The notes: generated from the sequence alone by a model not told the origin. 64,000 bases of DNA from Dipteris shenzhenensis (GCA_047967505.1 CM106538.1); one strand, 5' to 3'. Shown: positions 25,941-38,465, counted from the first letter of the stretch. Numbers and translations are program-made.

Positions 25941-26734
25941 CTAACCAATAACAACCATAAACCCTAAACCCTAAACCGTAAACCAAAACAACCCTAAATC
26001 CTAACCAATAACAACCCTAAACCCTAAACCCTAAACCCTAAACCCTAACCCCCAAACCCCAAACCCTAAACCCTAACCCCCAAACCCCAAACCCTAACTC
26101 CCAAACCCTAAACCCTAAACCCCAAACCCTAAACCCTAACTCCTAAACCCTAAACCCTAAACCCTAACTCCCAAACCCTAAACCCTAAACCCTAAACCCT
26201 AAACCCTAACTCCCAAACCCCAAACCCCAAACCCTAACTCCCAAACCCGAAACCTTAAACCCTAAACCCTTAATCCTAACCCCCAAACCCTAAACTCTAA
26301 ACCCTAACTCCTAAACCCTAAGCCCTTAACCCTAACCCCCAAACCCCAAACCCTAACCCCCAAACCCTAAACCCTAAACCCTAACTCCCAAACCCTAAAC
26401 CCTAAACCCTAAACCCTAAACCCTAACTCCCAAAACCCAAACCCTAAACCCCAAACCCTGAACCCTAAACCCTAAACCCTAACTCCCAAACCCTAAACCC
26501 TAACTCCCAAACCCTAAACCCCAAACCCTAAACCCTAAACCCCAAACCCTAAACCCTAACCCCCAAACCCTAAATCCTAAACCCTAACCCCTAAACCCTA
26601 AACCCTAAACCACCAAACTCTAAACCCTAACCCCCTAACCCTAACCCTCAAACCTTGAACCCTAAACCCTAAACCCTAACTCACCAGACCCCAAATCCTA
26701 AACCCAAACCACGAAATCCTAAACCTTAAATCCT
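25941..26734 (+). repeat. Interstitial plant telomeric array, (CCCTAAA)n with variant units
   Basis: About 0.8 kb of CCCTAAA interspersed with CCCCAAA and CCCTAACTCCCAAA. Confidence 0.97.
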
Positions 26735-26812
26735 ATGAGTGTTTTCAAGTAATATCATTTATTTAAGTAATAGTTTTAATTAGAATTTATAAGTAATAGT
26801 GGAATTGATAGT

Positions 26813-27700
26813 TGGGAGGGTGGTAGTGGGAGAAAGGGAGAGTGGGAAAGTGGAGAAAGGGAGTGTGGGAGGGTGGTAGTGGGAGAAAGGGAGAGTGGGA
26901 GAGGGAGTGGGAATGGGGGCGGTGGGGGTGGGGGTGGGAGAGTGGGAGTGGGAGTGGGAGAGGGAGTGGGAATGGGGGAGGTGGGGGTGGGAGAATGGGA
27001 GTGGGAGTGGGAGTGGGAGTGGGAATGGGGGAGGTGGGGGTGGGGTGAGGGTGGGAGGATGGGAGGATGGGAGTGGGAGTGGAAGGGGTGGGGTGGGGAG
27101 TGGGAGTGGGAGGATGGGAGTGGGAGAGGGAGTGGGAATGGGGGAGGTGGGGGTGGAAGTGGGAGGGGTGAGGTGGGAGGATGGGAGTGGGAATGGGGAG
27201 GTGGGGGTGGAAGTGGGAGGGGTGGGGTGGGAGGATGGGGGAGGGAGTGGGAGTGGGGGAGGTGGGGGGGGTGGGAAAATGGGAGTGGGAGTGGGAATGG
27301 GGGAGGTGGGGGGGTGGGAAAATGGGAGTGGGAGGATGGGAGTGGGAGGGGTGAGGTGGGAGGATAAGGGTGGGAGAATGGGAGTGGGAGTGGGAATGGG
27401 GGGGGAGGGGTGGGGGTGGGAGGATGGGAGTGGGAGTGAGACGTGTAGGTGGGAGGATGTGAGTGGGTGGGAGAATGGGAGTGGGAGTGGGAGTGGGAGT
27501 GGGAGTGGGAATGGGGGAGGTGGGGGTGGAGTGAGGGTGGGAGTGGGAGGGGTGGGGTGGGAGGATGGGAGTGGGAGAGGGAGTGGAAATGGGGAAGGTG
27601 AAAGAATGGGCGTGGGCGTGGGAGTGATAATGGGGGAGGTGGGGTGGGAGGATGGGAGTGAGAGTGGTGTGGGAGGATGGGAGTGGGTGGGAGAGAGAGA
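26813..27700 (+). repeat. G-rich low-complexity array, degenerate (GGGAGT)n
   Basis: Continuous gggagt/gggggt/gggagga runs with almost no C on the plus strand. Confidence 0.95.
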
Positions 27701-28014
27701 GAAGATAATCTAATAGAGAGGCCAATGGGAGAGGAGATAATGTTATAGAAGGACCAATGAGAGAGAAGCACTCAAAACCCTAGTTTTTCTTATATATACT
27801 CTCCTTCTCTCATTGTTTCTCTCATTTCAACAAGGAAGAGCAAGAGGAGAAGCAAAAAGAGGAGGAAGAGCAAAAGCAAGCACAAGCAAGCACAAGCATC
27901 GATTTCAACTTTTTTCCAGGTACTGTTTTTAAAATTTGTATTCTTTGAAAATTTTGAAGGATAGATTTTTAGAGAGAGAAAAGAAGAGAGACAGTCTTGC
28001 TGCCTCGACAGCAA

Positions 28015-30170
28015 AAGAGAGAAAGAAAGAGAGAGGGAGAGAGACGAGAGAAGGGGGGGGAAAGAGAGGGGAGAGAAAGGGAGGGGGGAGAGAAGGGGGA
28101 AGGGGGAAAGAGAGGGGAGAGAGGGGAGAAGCAGCGAGGGGGGGGAGAGAGAGAGGGGAGGGGGAGGCCGCTGCCGCGAGGGGGGGAGGGAGGGGAGGGG
28201 AGAGGGAGGGGGGGCGGCGAGAGAGGGAGGGGGGGCGGGGATAGAGAGGGGGAAGAGGGAGGGGAGGCGAGGGTGGAGAGGGAGGGGAGGGGGCCGCTGC
28301 CGCGGCAGCGGCAGCGAGAGAGGGGGAGGGGGGCGAGAGGGAAGGGGGGAGAGAGGGGGCAGCGAGAGGGAAGGGGGGGGGAAGAGAGAGAGAAGGGGGG
28401 GGGGCCGCTGCCGCGGCAGCGGCAGCGAGAGAGGGAGGGGAGGGGAGAGAGAAGGGGGGGGGGGGGGAAAGGGAGGGGAGGAGAGAGGGAAGGGGGGGGA
28501 AGAGAGAGAGAGGGGGAGGGCCGCGGCAGCGAGAGAGGGAGGGGAGGGGAGAGAAGGAGGGGGGGGAAAGGGAGGCGAGGAGAGAGAGAAAGGGGGGGGG
28601 GCCGCGGCCGCTGCCGCGGCAGTGAGAGAGGGGAGGGGGGGGAGAGGGAGCAGCGAGAGGGAAGGGGCGGGAAGAGAGAGAGAGGGGGGGGCCGCTGCCA
28701 CGGCAGCGAGAGAGGGACGGGAGGGGGAGAGAAGGGGGGGGGGAAAGGGAGGGGAGGAGAGAGGGAAGGGGGGGGAAGAGAGAGAGAGGGGGGGGGGGCC
28801 GCTGCCGCGGCAGCGGCAGCGAGAGAGGGAGGGGAGGGGAGAGAGAAGGGAGGGGGGGAAAAGGGAGGCGAGGAGAGAGAGAAAGGGGGGGGGGCCGCGG
28901 CCGCTGCCGCGGCAGCGAGAGAGGGGGAGGGGGGGGAGAGGGAAGGGGGGAGCGAGAGAGGGGGGAGAGGGAAGGGGGGGGGGGGGCCGCGGCCGCTGCC
29001 GCGGCAGCGAGAGAGGGGGAGGGGGGGGTGAGGGAAGGGGGGAGCGAGAGAGGGGGGAGAGGGAAAGGGGGGGGCCGCGGCCGCTGCCACGGCAGCGAGA
29101 GAGGGAGAGGGGGGATAGGGAAGGGGGGGCGGCCGCGGCAGCGAGAGAGGGGGAGGGGGGGGAGAGGGAAGGGGGGAGGGGCCGGGGGCAGCGAGAGAGA
29201 GGGAAGGGGGAGAGAGAGAGAAGGGGGAGGGGCCGTGGCCGCTGCCGCGGCAGCGAGATAGGGGGAGGGGGGGGAGAGGGAAGGGGGGAGGGGGCGGAGG
29301 GAGCGAGATAGGGGGAGGGGGGGGAGAGGGAAGGGGGGAGCGAGAGAGGGGGGAGAGGGAAGGGGGGGGGCCGCGGCCGCTGCCGCGGCAGCGAGAGAGG
29401 GGGAGGGGGGGTGAGGGAAGGGGGGAGCGAGAGAGGGGGGAGAGGGAAAGGGGGGGGCCGCGGCCGCTGCCGCGGCAGCGAGAGAGGGAGAGGGGGGGGG
29501 GAGGGAAGGGGGGGCGGCCGCGGCAGCGAGAGAGGGGGAGGGGGGGGAGAGGGAAGGGGGGAGGGGCCGGGGGCAGCGAGAGAGAGGGAAGGGGGAGAGA
29601 GAGAGAAGGGGGAGGGGCCGCGGCCGTTGCCGCGGCAGCGAGATAGGGGGAGGGGGGGGAGAGGGAAGGGGGGAGGGGGCGGAGGGAGCGAGAGAGTGGA
29701 GGGAGAGAGAGAGAGAAGGGGGGGGGCCGCGGCCGCTGCCGCGGCAGCGAGAGAGGGAGGGGGGGGGAGAGAGAGAAGGGGGTAGCGAGAGAGAGGGGAG
29801 GGAGAGAGAGAGGGGGAGAGGGGGAGAGGGAAGGGGTGGGGAGAGGGAAGTGAGAGGGGGAGCCGCTGCCGCGGCAGCGAGAGAGGAGGGGGGGGAGAGA
29901 GAGTAGGGGGGAGATGCGAGAGAGGGGGGGAGGGAGAGAGAGAGAGAGGAGGGGAGGGGCCGCTGCCGCGGCAGCGAAAGAGAGGGAGGGGTGGAGAGAG
30001 AGAGAGAGAGAGGGGGAGGAGAGAGAGAGAGGGGATGGGGGGGGAGATCGCGGCAAGTGAGAGAGAGTGGAGAGGAGAGTGGGGAGCGCAAGTGAGAGAG
30101 AGGAAAAAGGTGAGGAGAAAGGAAGAGAGAGAGAGAGAGGGGAAATGAAGAGGAGGGGAGAGAGCAGACT
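28015..30170 (+). repeat. GA-rich array punctuated by the 16-bp palindrome CGCTGCCGCGGCAGCG
   Basis: About 15 full or single-mismatch copies between purine-only tracts, with two more near 31577 and 31744. Confidence 0.93.
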
Positions 30171-30229
30171 AAGATGAGAGGAAACGTAGACTAGAGCGGA
30201 GAGGAAAGAGAGAGAGAGAAGAGTGAGAG

Positions 30230-31050
30230 AGATGAAAATTTAGAGAGGGAGGACACGAGAAAGTACGATCGAGATAGAAAATCTTACCAATGAAGAGGAG
30301 AAATGAGTGGGCGACGATCGAGACAAGATGAAGAGATCGAGATAGAAAATCTTACCAATGAAAAGGAGAAATGAGTGGGCGACGATCTAGACAAGATGAA
30401 GAAGCTACGATCAATGAGGCATATGAGAGGAGATTGGTATGTGATTTAGTCTAAACTTAAACAAACAAAACTATAAACCTTGGTGTTTGATGAAAATTTA
30501 GAGAGGAAGGGCACAAGAGAGTACGATCGAGATAAAAAATCTTACCAATGAGGAGAAAAAATGAGTGGGCGACGATCAAGAAGAGATAAAGGAGAGATGT
30601 TTTGATGGAAGAATTTGGGAGCTACGATCAATGAGGCATATTAGAGAAGATTGGTGTGTGATTTAGTCGAAACTTAAACAAACAAAACTATAAACCTTGG
30701 TGTTTGAAAAAGAAACGTGTGGAAACTAGAATTTCAAAATTTCCCGCCTTTTTTTAAACTATGAATCCTTGTGTTTGAAAAGACAAACCTTGGTGTTTGA
30801 AAAGAGAAACGTGTGGAAACTAGAATTTCAAAATTTCTCACTTGAATCCTTGTGTTTGAAAAGACAAACGTGTGAAAACTTGAAAATTGTGATAAAAGAC
30901 AACCTTGTGTTTCAAAAGACAAACGCGTGGATGTGAAAATTGTGATAAAAGACAACCTTGTGTTTCAAAAGACAAACGCGTGGATGTGAAAATTGTGATA
31001 AAAGACAACCTTGTGTTTCAAAAGACAAACCCCTGGATGTGAAAAGACAA
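30230..31050. repeat. Complex tandem repeats inside element B
   Basis: Three copies of cgagata.aaaatcttaccaatga...atgagtgggcgacgatc, followed by roughly 48-bp units of gataaaagacaaccttgtgtttcaaaagacaaacgcgtggatgtgaaaattgt. Confidence 0.85.
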
Positions 31051-32705
31051 ATGTATGCTAAAAGCAAAACTTGTAGAAACTTCAATTTTAAATTTTTCTT
31101 TGTTTTTGAATTTAAAATGAGTTTCACTTTCATTTTTAATTTACTAGTTTAATTTAGACTATAATGCATTTTGTTTTGGAATATAAAGAGTATAATTTTA
31201 ATTTTATTACATTTTAAATTAAAATTTTAAAAGTAGTTTAACTTACATTCGTTATTATTACTTTAATTTATTTCTTTTTAGGGAGAATATTCGTTATTAT
31301 TACTTTAATTTATTTCTTTTTAGGGAGAATTAATATATTCTTCTAGGTAAATATTAAATTTTTAATTTTAAGTCTTGTTTTCTTTATTTTACGTTATTTT
31401 TTCATAAACTTTAAGTTAAACTACTTTATAGTTTTTATTATATAAATTCAAATTTATTAAGATTTTAACTTCTTATTAATGTGAATGTTCAATTCTTATG
31501 AGTTGTAAGTAAATTAAATATAAATTTTATCTTTTTTAAAATGAGAAGGAGAAGAGAGAGAGAGAGAAGGGGGGGTCGCTGCCGCGGCAGCGAGAGAGAA
31601 TGGGGGGGGAGAGAGAGAGAAAGGGGTGGGAGGATAATGTGAATGTTCAATTCTTATGAGTTGTAAGTAAATTAGTTTTTGAAAATATAAATTTTATCTT
31701 TTTTAATATGAGAAGGAGAAGAGAGAGAGAGAGAAGGGGGGGTCGCTGCCGCGGCAGCGAGAGAGAATGGGGGGGGAGAGAGAGAGAAAGTGGTGGGAGG
31801 ATGGGAGTGGGAGAGGGAGTGGGAATGGGGAAGGTGAAAGAATGGACGTGGGCGTGGGAGTGAGAATGGGGAAGGTGGGGTGGGAGGATGAGGGCGGCAG
31901 CGAGAGAGAAGGGGGGGAGAGAAGGGGGGGAGAGAGAGAGAGAAAGGGGTGTGAGTTTAAAAAAGATAAAATATAAATTTTATCTTTTTTAAACTCACAA
32001 CCTTAGTGTATTAAAAAGAATAATGGAAAGATTATTTTTTGCTTTTAATTCGCAACCTAAGGATATTAAAAAGAACAATGGAAAAGAAATTATTTCTTGC
32101 TTTTCTTCGCTTCGACGGTTGGTGTAGTCTAGATTAGCATAGATTAGTTTGTCCTTAGAGGAGAGAACTCCAAAAAAACCAATCAAAGCCATGCTCAAAA
32201 TTTCCCGACTAGTTCCTAATCGGAGTCAGTCCATTCGTTCACATTCACATTCGGTTTCACAGACACAACAACCCTACCATTTAAGCAACGATTAAGGTTT
32301 TTAAACTTTCAAGATGATTGAAAGTTGTATCAGTGGACATGACAGATTACAGTTGTGGAAGTTGACAGAGCATTTTACACTTATATCAGTTGCGGGAGTT
32401 GACAGAGCATTTTGTACTTATATATGACAAACTTCAAATTTGTATTCAGAGATCATTGTAAATCCTTATTTTTTTTCACATTTATGCTCTAAGCCTTGTA
32501 AAGCCTTTTAGGCTATTCCCAAAGCATTTATGCTCTAAGCCTTGTAAAGCCTTTTAGGCTATTCCCAAAGCATGAAATTGATACTTATATGATTAGGAAG
32601 AATACAAACTGGAGGTGTATTAATGGGACTCATTGTACTTTTGATTTTTCAAAGTAATTGTAGTTTGTCAAAGTACTTAAAATTTGTGTTGTGCTTGAAT
32701 ACAGG

Positions 32706-35700
32706 ATGGATCTTGAGGCTACAGCATTTGTCAATGGTATGTCACTGAAATACAATGGAAGAATTTATGCCCCAAAGGACTTCACAAACTGGACAGTTGT
32801 TGACACAACAAAGAAAGCATGGTTCTTGGTCTTAAGTAAAGGAAATCTCATTCTAGTGATGACAAAGAGAGAGTTGGAGAAAGATGAGTGCGCATCAAAT
32901 GTATCTTTCTCCAAGAGCAATTTGATTCAAGGGGGCACCTTAGTAGGAATAAAAATTGAAAAAGACAGCACTACAATGATGATTTACACAAAGTCAAGAA
33001 TGAGCAACAGATCGTTTCTTCTTTCTAAGAAAGATGCAATGCACTTTGTGATGCCGCCGCCAAAAGCACCTAGATTTCCTGAATTGGTTCCTGCATTGGA
33101 GATCCTTCAACATGTGTGGGAGGAATTTCCCATTGAGGAAGCAAGAAAAATGCAGTCAAAGATTATCCTTGAATACTTTCAGGGTGTCATCCAACAAGGT
33201 TCAACTTCATTGGAGGGACCTAAGGTGCAAGAATCCACACATGAGAAAGGAAGTGATGAGACACGCCATGTAGATTTGGTTCATGGTAATACAAATGAGA
33301 GAGGAAGTGGAGTGGATGAGACAGAACACATTGTAGCAATGGATGAGGGTCTTGTACACGTGGATGCTTACAAGGGATCTACATCTGAGACAGGAATTGA
33401 ATTGGTGGAGACCGGACATGCACATGCATCTCAGACAGAAATTGAATTGAGTGAGACACGACATGCATCAGATAAGACAGGACATGCACACACATCTCTT
33501 GTTCATGGTATTACTCACTTAGATGGTGTAACTCATGAAGTTGATGGAATAACAGAACAAGTGAAGCCCTTAAGTATACCTGAAGTTGAGGCAATAGAAG
33601 AAGAAGTAGGGCGATCTAAAGCAGTTCACATTGAGCCCCTAAAAAATAAACCTCGACGTCAAATGCAAAAGGCAAGTACTTCACGAGCTACAGTTCCAAG
33701 TCCTATAACTGGAAAAAGAGGTCGTTCATATACAAAGAAAGGGCAAAGAAGAGAAGAGGAAGAACATGAAGAGGATGCGGAGGGTCTTGAAATGGAGTCA
33801 GATCTAGAAGCAGAAATGTTATCAATGAAGAACCTAAATCTTCGCTTGAATGAGGCTGTGACAGATGAGGATCCAGGATATATATGGGGCCAGAAGACTC
33901 AAGTTATACATGCTTCATCAGTGGTCAAAGCAAGTGTCTTCACCAACAGCAGGACCTTAGATACAGCCTATGCTGAAAAGATTTTTCAGGCTTTGATTGA
34001 TGGAAAAAAACCAGTTGTTTCTAATTTGGTACTCCGTCCAAGAACATTTTGGCCAGTCATGGGAGATTATAGTCAATCCATCAATTTCTCTCAGCCTATA
34101 GATTTTGAGATGCAATTCACTAAGTTCCTCGGAAAACAAGTTCCCTCACTTCAAGAAGGACAGAGTTCAGTGAATGATCCAGAACGACATATAAGGGATG
34201 CCAAGAGAAATTTCTTAGCTCATTGTACATTTGAGGCAATAGATGGTCAGCACTATGCCTATGCTTGTAATGAGCGCTCTAGAGATGCATACAAGAAAGG
34301 AGAAATTACTTATCAAACTTTCGCGAGTGTGCCTCAATTTCACTACTATTCTGCATGCATCTGTATCTTCAAGAACGAGAAGAAATATTTGATTGAGTCG
34401 GAAAGACTTAATCATGACATTTATGCACTACGAAAAATCACCTCCACTTCAGAGATGTTGCTCAAAGCTAGGACCATATGGAAAACTTTTAATTCTCCTT
34501 TGACCACTCTCAAAAGAACTGCAACTAAAGTGGAAGCGGATAATCTTGTTGACTTCTACACATGCTTGAGTGCCATTGTACCAAGGGGAAAGCAGGAAAG
34601 AGCTGAGGTGATTACAAGCTTCAAGACAGTAAGGGATAGGTATCAAGACTACACAAGCATACTTTTCCGTAGTGATGAAGTTTTTCATCAGATCAAAGAC
34701 GTGTGTCTTGCATGTGAGAAAGGAGATGTTACATATGAGGCTCCATCATTGATTAAAGAGAAGGCAAAGAAGATTGAGAAAAAAGAGATGACAGCTCGGA
34801 TGTGGAGGCCTTTAAGAAACCTACCAGATAAATACGCAAGTCTTGCTGCAGAGAAATTAATGTCAAAAGAATGGTTTTTTGGCAAAAAGGATAAAGATCA
34901 TTGCATGGAAGATAACATCATCCAACAGGTGAAGCGTGATGCAGTAAAGAGTGCAATTGAATATTTATTGGGAGAAAAAAATATTCCAATCAGCCAATGT
35001 AAAATTGATCATAACATTGTGAGGCAGATGGCATCAGCTTTACCGTCAGCTAAACAGAAGGCTTGGGCGCATAAATGGGTGAAGGTAGAAGATGATGGAT
35101 CTGAAATTACTCCCTCTATGAGAAATGACATTCCGGAAAATGTGTATGCATATGCACAAAAAGTCATCAATAACCACACTCTCAGAAAAGAAAAGACTTT
35201 GAACAAGGGCTTTTATTTCATACATGAAATCATTTCAGAGTCTGGAAAGAGTGTTGAGTGCAAGGGAGTTTCATTGAGTGATTTTTTGTCCGACGACACT
35301 GCTTGGGAGAGACCTCAGCTTTTCTTTGTCTATGAAATATCAGCGGATGACATCCGTCCACTCCTTGACAGAATATTACATACCACCATTGGTAGAGTGG
35401 GACAATGTAATATAGTCATATTTGCTGATAAAGATGACAAGGAACAAATGTCTGCTACCCTAGAAAAACAATATGGCAATGAGCTCAAGATTTACAATGG
35501 GATATACTCAAGAAAAAGGGACAAGAGAGAATGCGGTCTCAAGATACAGAGTCTGGAAACCTTTTTCTTGTGCATGAAGAGCCCTTATAATGATCACTCC
35601 TTACAAAACAATATAAGAGGGAATGCAAAGAGATTGCAACTACTGCTGGAAGAGCATGAAGCTCCAAGTCCCCTCCATCGCAATGCAAATCACTATGAAA

Positions 35701-38465
35701 GGCCAGCAAAAAGTGCTGATCTTTTAATTAGTATGATGGAATTTTTGCTACCGCCTGGATGGGAAGTCACATTGTGCCGAATGGGACATCTGTTCGAAGC
35801 TCTTATCAGAAAAGGACACAATGTAAATATTATTGAGAGCCCTGCTTGCTTGGAATACCTTGATACCGTGGCTTCTCTCACAATAAAGTTTGATAAGAAA
35901 GGTCCGATCTCACATGAAGAGGATGACATAGAGCAGATCATGTACGATGAGAGCAAGAAAGATGATGAAAATGATCAAAGCTCTGGATATAATAGTGAGG
36001 ATACCAGCAATAGCAAGGAAGCAGAGGAAGATGGATATGACACTGACCTTGCCTCTGAAGGTTACATAAAAAGACCACGAAGATATGTAGAGGTATGAAG
36101 ACTTATGTTTAATTTTCTTTATTCATTTAAAGGTCTTTTTAAATTTATAATTAATTTAAAATTTTGAATCTCATAATTATTTTATCCTTTTATAGGAGAA
36201 GGGAGAGGAGGAGGATGAGGAGGACATAGTTGGAGCAGAGAATCATGAAAGCTCATCTCAAGAAAGCAAAGCTGCTCTGGCTATCCATCGGATGACTCTA
36301 GAAAATAATCATACATTGCAGCAAATGGAGAAGTCATTTCAAGTTAGGTTTCAAGTTCGAGAACAACCTCTTACTTTTATATTCGATGAAGAGGATATTT
36401 CAATCCTCATAAACTTCAAGAAAGAGGTCAATGACAAGGTTATAATAGCCATCCTCAGGTTTGACACAAACTTTTTACTGACTTTATGCTTTTGTATTTC
36501 CATTGGATCAAATGAACTAATATTCTTTTCTTTTTATTGCAGTATGGTTTTACAACAGCTTCCGCTATATATACAAAGATGTGCATATATGGTCGATCCT
36601 CTTGTTTCTAGTGTACTTAGCAATAAGGAGAAGACCATAGATGACATTTTTAAGTGGTTGCAACCTATTGATTTGACTGCGGCGCGAGTTATCTTTACCG
36701 CATATCACGAAGAGTGAGTATCAATCCCTACCTAGCTTATCTCTTACATTGTGGAGGATTATATCGAATAATAATTATTCTTAATTGATAATGCAGCTTG
36801 CATTGGAGCTTGGTAATTGTGGACATCTTAGCCAAGCAATGCTTCTTTGTCAATTCAATAGCATCTATCCATGGCAGTGTGTCAGAGTAAGTATAACCTA
36901 CTTGTGTCATAATTATGTCAATGAGATGCATCCTATGCAATACACACATTCATTTATGTTTTCTATTTTGATGTGTAGATCTGCTCGAAAGTTGGTAAGT
37001 GCTATAGATGCACTTATGCAAATGGAGGGTGACTTGGAAGATCAAATAGAGTATGTAACATGCCCTGCAGCGAAGCAGAATGATGACCACAGTTGTGGGT
37101 GGAGAGTTGGATATAACTGCTTCTTGCTCCTTGCTCAAATTTTTGATTTGAGAGGCGGTGAAACCTCATTGTCCACATATACAGACTTGCATCTGCAGGC
37201 ATTTATGTCATCTATCATTAAGACATTTATTGATAACGTGGTGGAGCATCCAGAGGAAACATTGGTTGCTACGCCCATAAGTTGTCCTGATGTAACCGCT
37301 GTATTGGACGAAATGGGGAGCTCTTCTGAGGTTAAGGTCATCATTAGCAAGCAACCTCGTGTTTTGACTTTTGGTAGCGAGGAAGTTACAATCCTCTCCG
37401 ACCCTTTGAAAGAGGCTAATGACAAAGTCATGATGGCCATCCTCAGGTTTGATATGAACATCTCTTGACTTGATACTTCAATCATTTGATTCAATCTGCT
37501 TCTAACATTTGTTTATTTATTGCTGCAGTACGGTTATATCTCATTTTCCTAGATCAGTACAGAATCGCGTCTGTATGCTCGATTCTCTTCTTTCAGCTGT
37601 ACTTAGTGATACCAAGAAGACAGTAGATGATGTTTGTTCAATTCTACAACCTTTAGACTTGGATGGCATACTACTTGTCTTTATGCCATACTATGAGAAG
37701 TAAGTATGGTGTCAATCTTTCTTTTACTCTCTTATTTACAATATTGTGTCAATTAATACTTAATATTGTGATAAATCTTATCGCTCTTTATTGGTGATGT
37801 AGTTCACATTGGAGCCTTATAGTATGGGACCTTGATGACAACCATTGTTGGTTTGTCAACTCAATTACAGACTTTCACGGGGTGTTCAAGTAAGTGTTCT
37901 TTTATCATATCATTATGAACATGCATCAAGTTACTATTTACTACACAAATTTACTTTGTCATATGTCATGATGGACAGGTCTGCAAACAAGTTAGTTTCT
38001 GCGATTATGAAAATCAGGGAGCATCAAGACCAACCAAATTTCCAGACACGCCTCGCAGTGGACCAAAAGGACATGTTTAGTAGTGGGTGGAGAATTGCGT
38101 ACAACTTCATGTTGTATCTCAATGACATTTTTGAACATGTCTCCATAGAAGCATATACCAAGCTCGAGCTACAAGATTTTGTGGCTAAGACTGTTCACTA
38201 TCTAACTGCTATCATTGGGAAACAACATGATGGACTCAATGAAGAACCACTTGAATTAGAGACTCAATGCATTCTTCCTACACAAGAAGTGGAGACTCAA
38301 TGTGCATCTACAACATCACATCTTGTAAAGGAGGAAGAGATTAAGTCTATCCCGATTGCACCAGAAGTAGAATCTCAATGTACACCATCCACACAAGTAG
38401 AGACTCAATGTACTCTTAGAGAATCACAGCCTCAAGAGAACTCATCAGACTCTATTCAGTTGTAA
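32706..38465 (+). CDS. Eight-exon cargo gene, about 1707 aa: ParB-like region, degenerate DNA-methyltransferase-like region and two Ulp1 (peptidase C48)-like domains
   Basis: Predicted exons 32706-36092, 36196-36458, 36543-36713, 36797-36886, 36979-37446, 37529-37699, 37803-37889 and 37979-38465. All introns are GT-AG, 82-103 nt, and the frame is preserved (5124 nt). Motifs RTLDTAYAEKI...FEAIDGQHYAYA, HWSLVIVD...FVNS...KQNDDHSCGW and HWSLIVWD...FVNS...DQKDMFSSGW. Confidence 0.8.

Noticed and set aside
25941-26734. True chromosome end or telomere fusion point
   Set aside because: The array is degenerate, in one orientation and enclosed by matching TIRs and a TSD.
26776-30091. Long Pro/Ser/Leu-rich and Gly/Arg/Glu-rich ORFs (up to 720 aa) in several frames
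   Set aside because: They are by-products of G/A-rich low-complexity DNA that lacks stop codons and are open on both strands.
32691-36098. Bacterial contamination or a stand-alone prokaryotic ParB gene
   Set aside because: The ORF continues through canonical spliceosomal introns and sits inside a plant repeat context.
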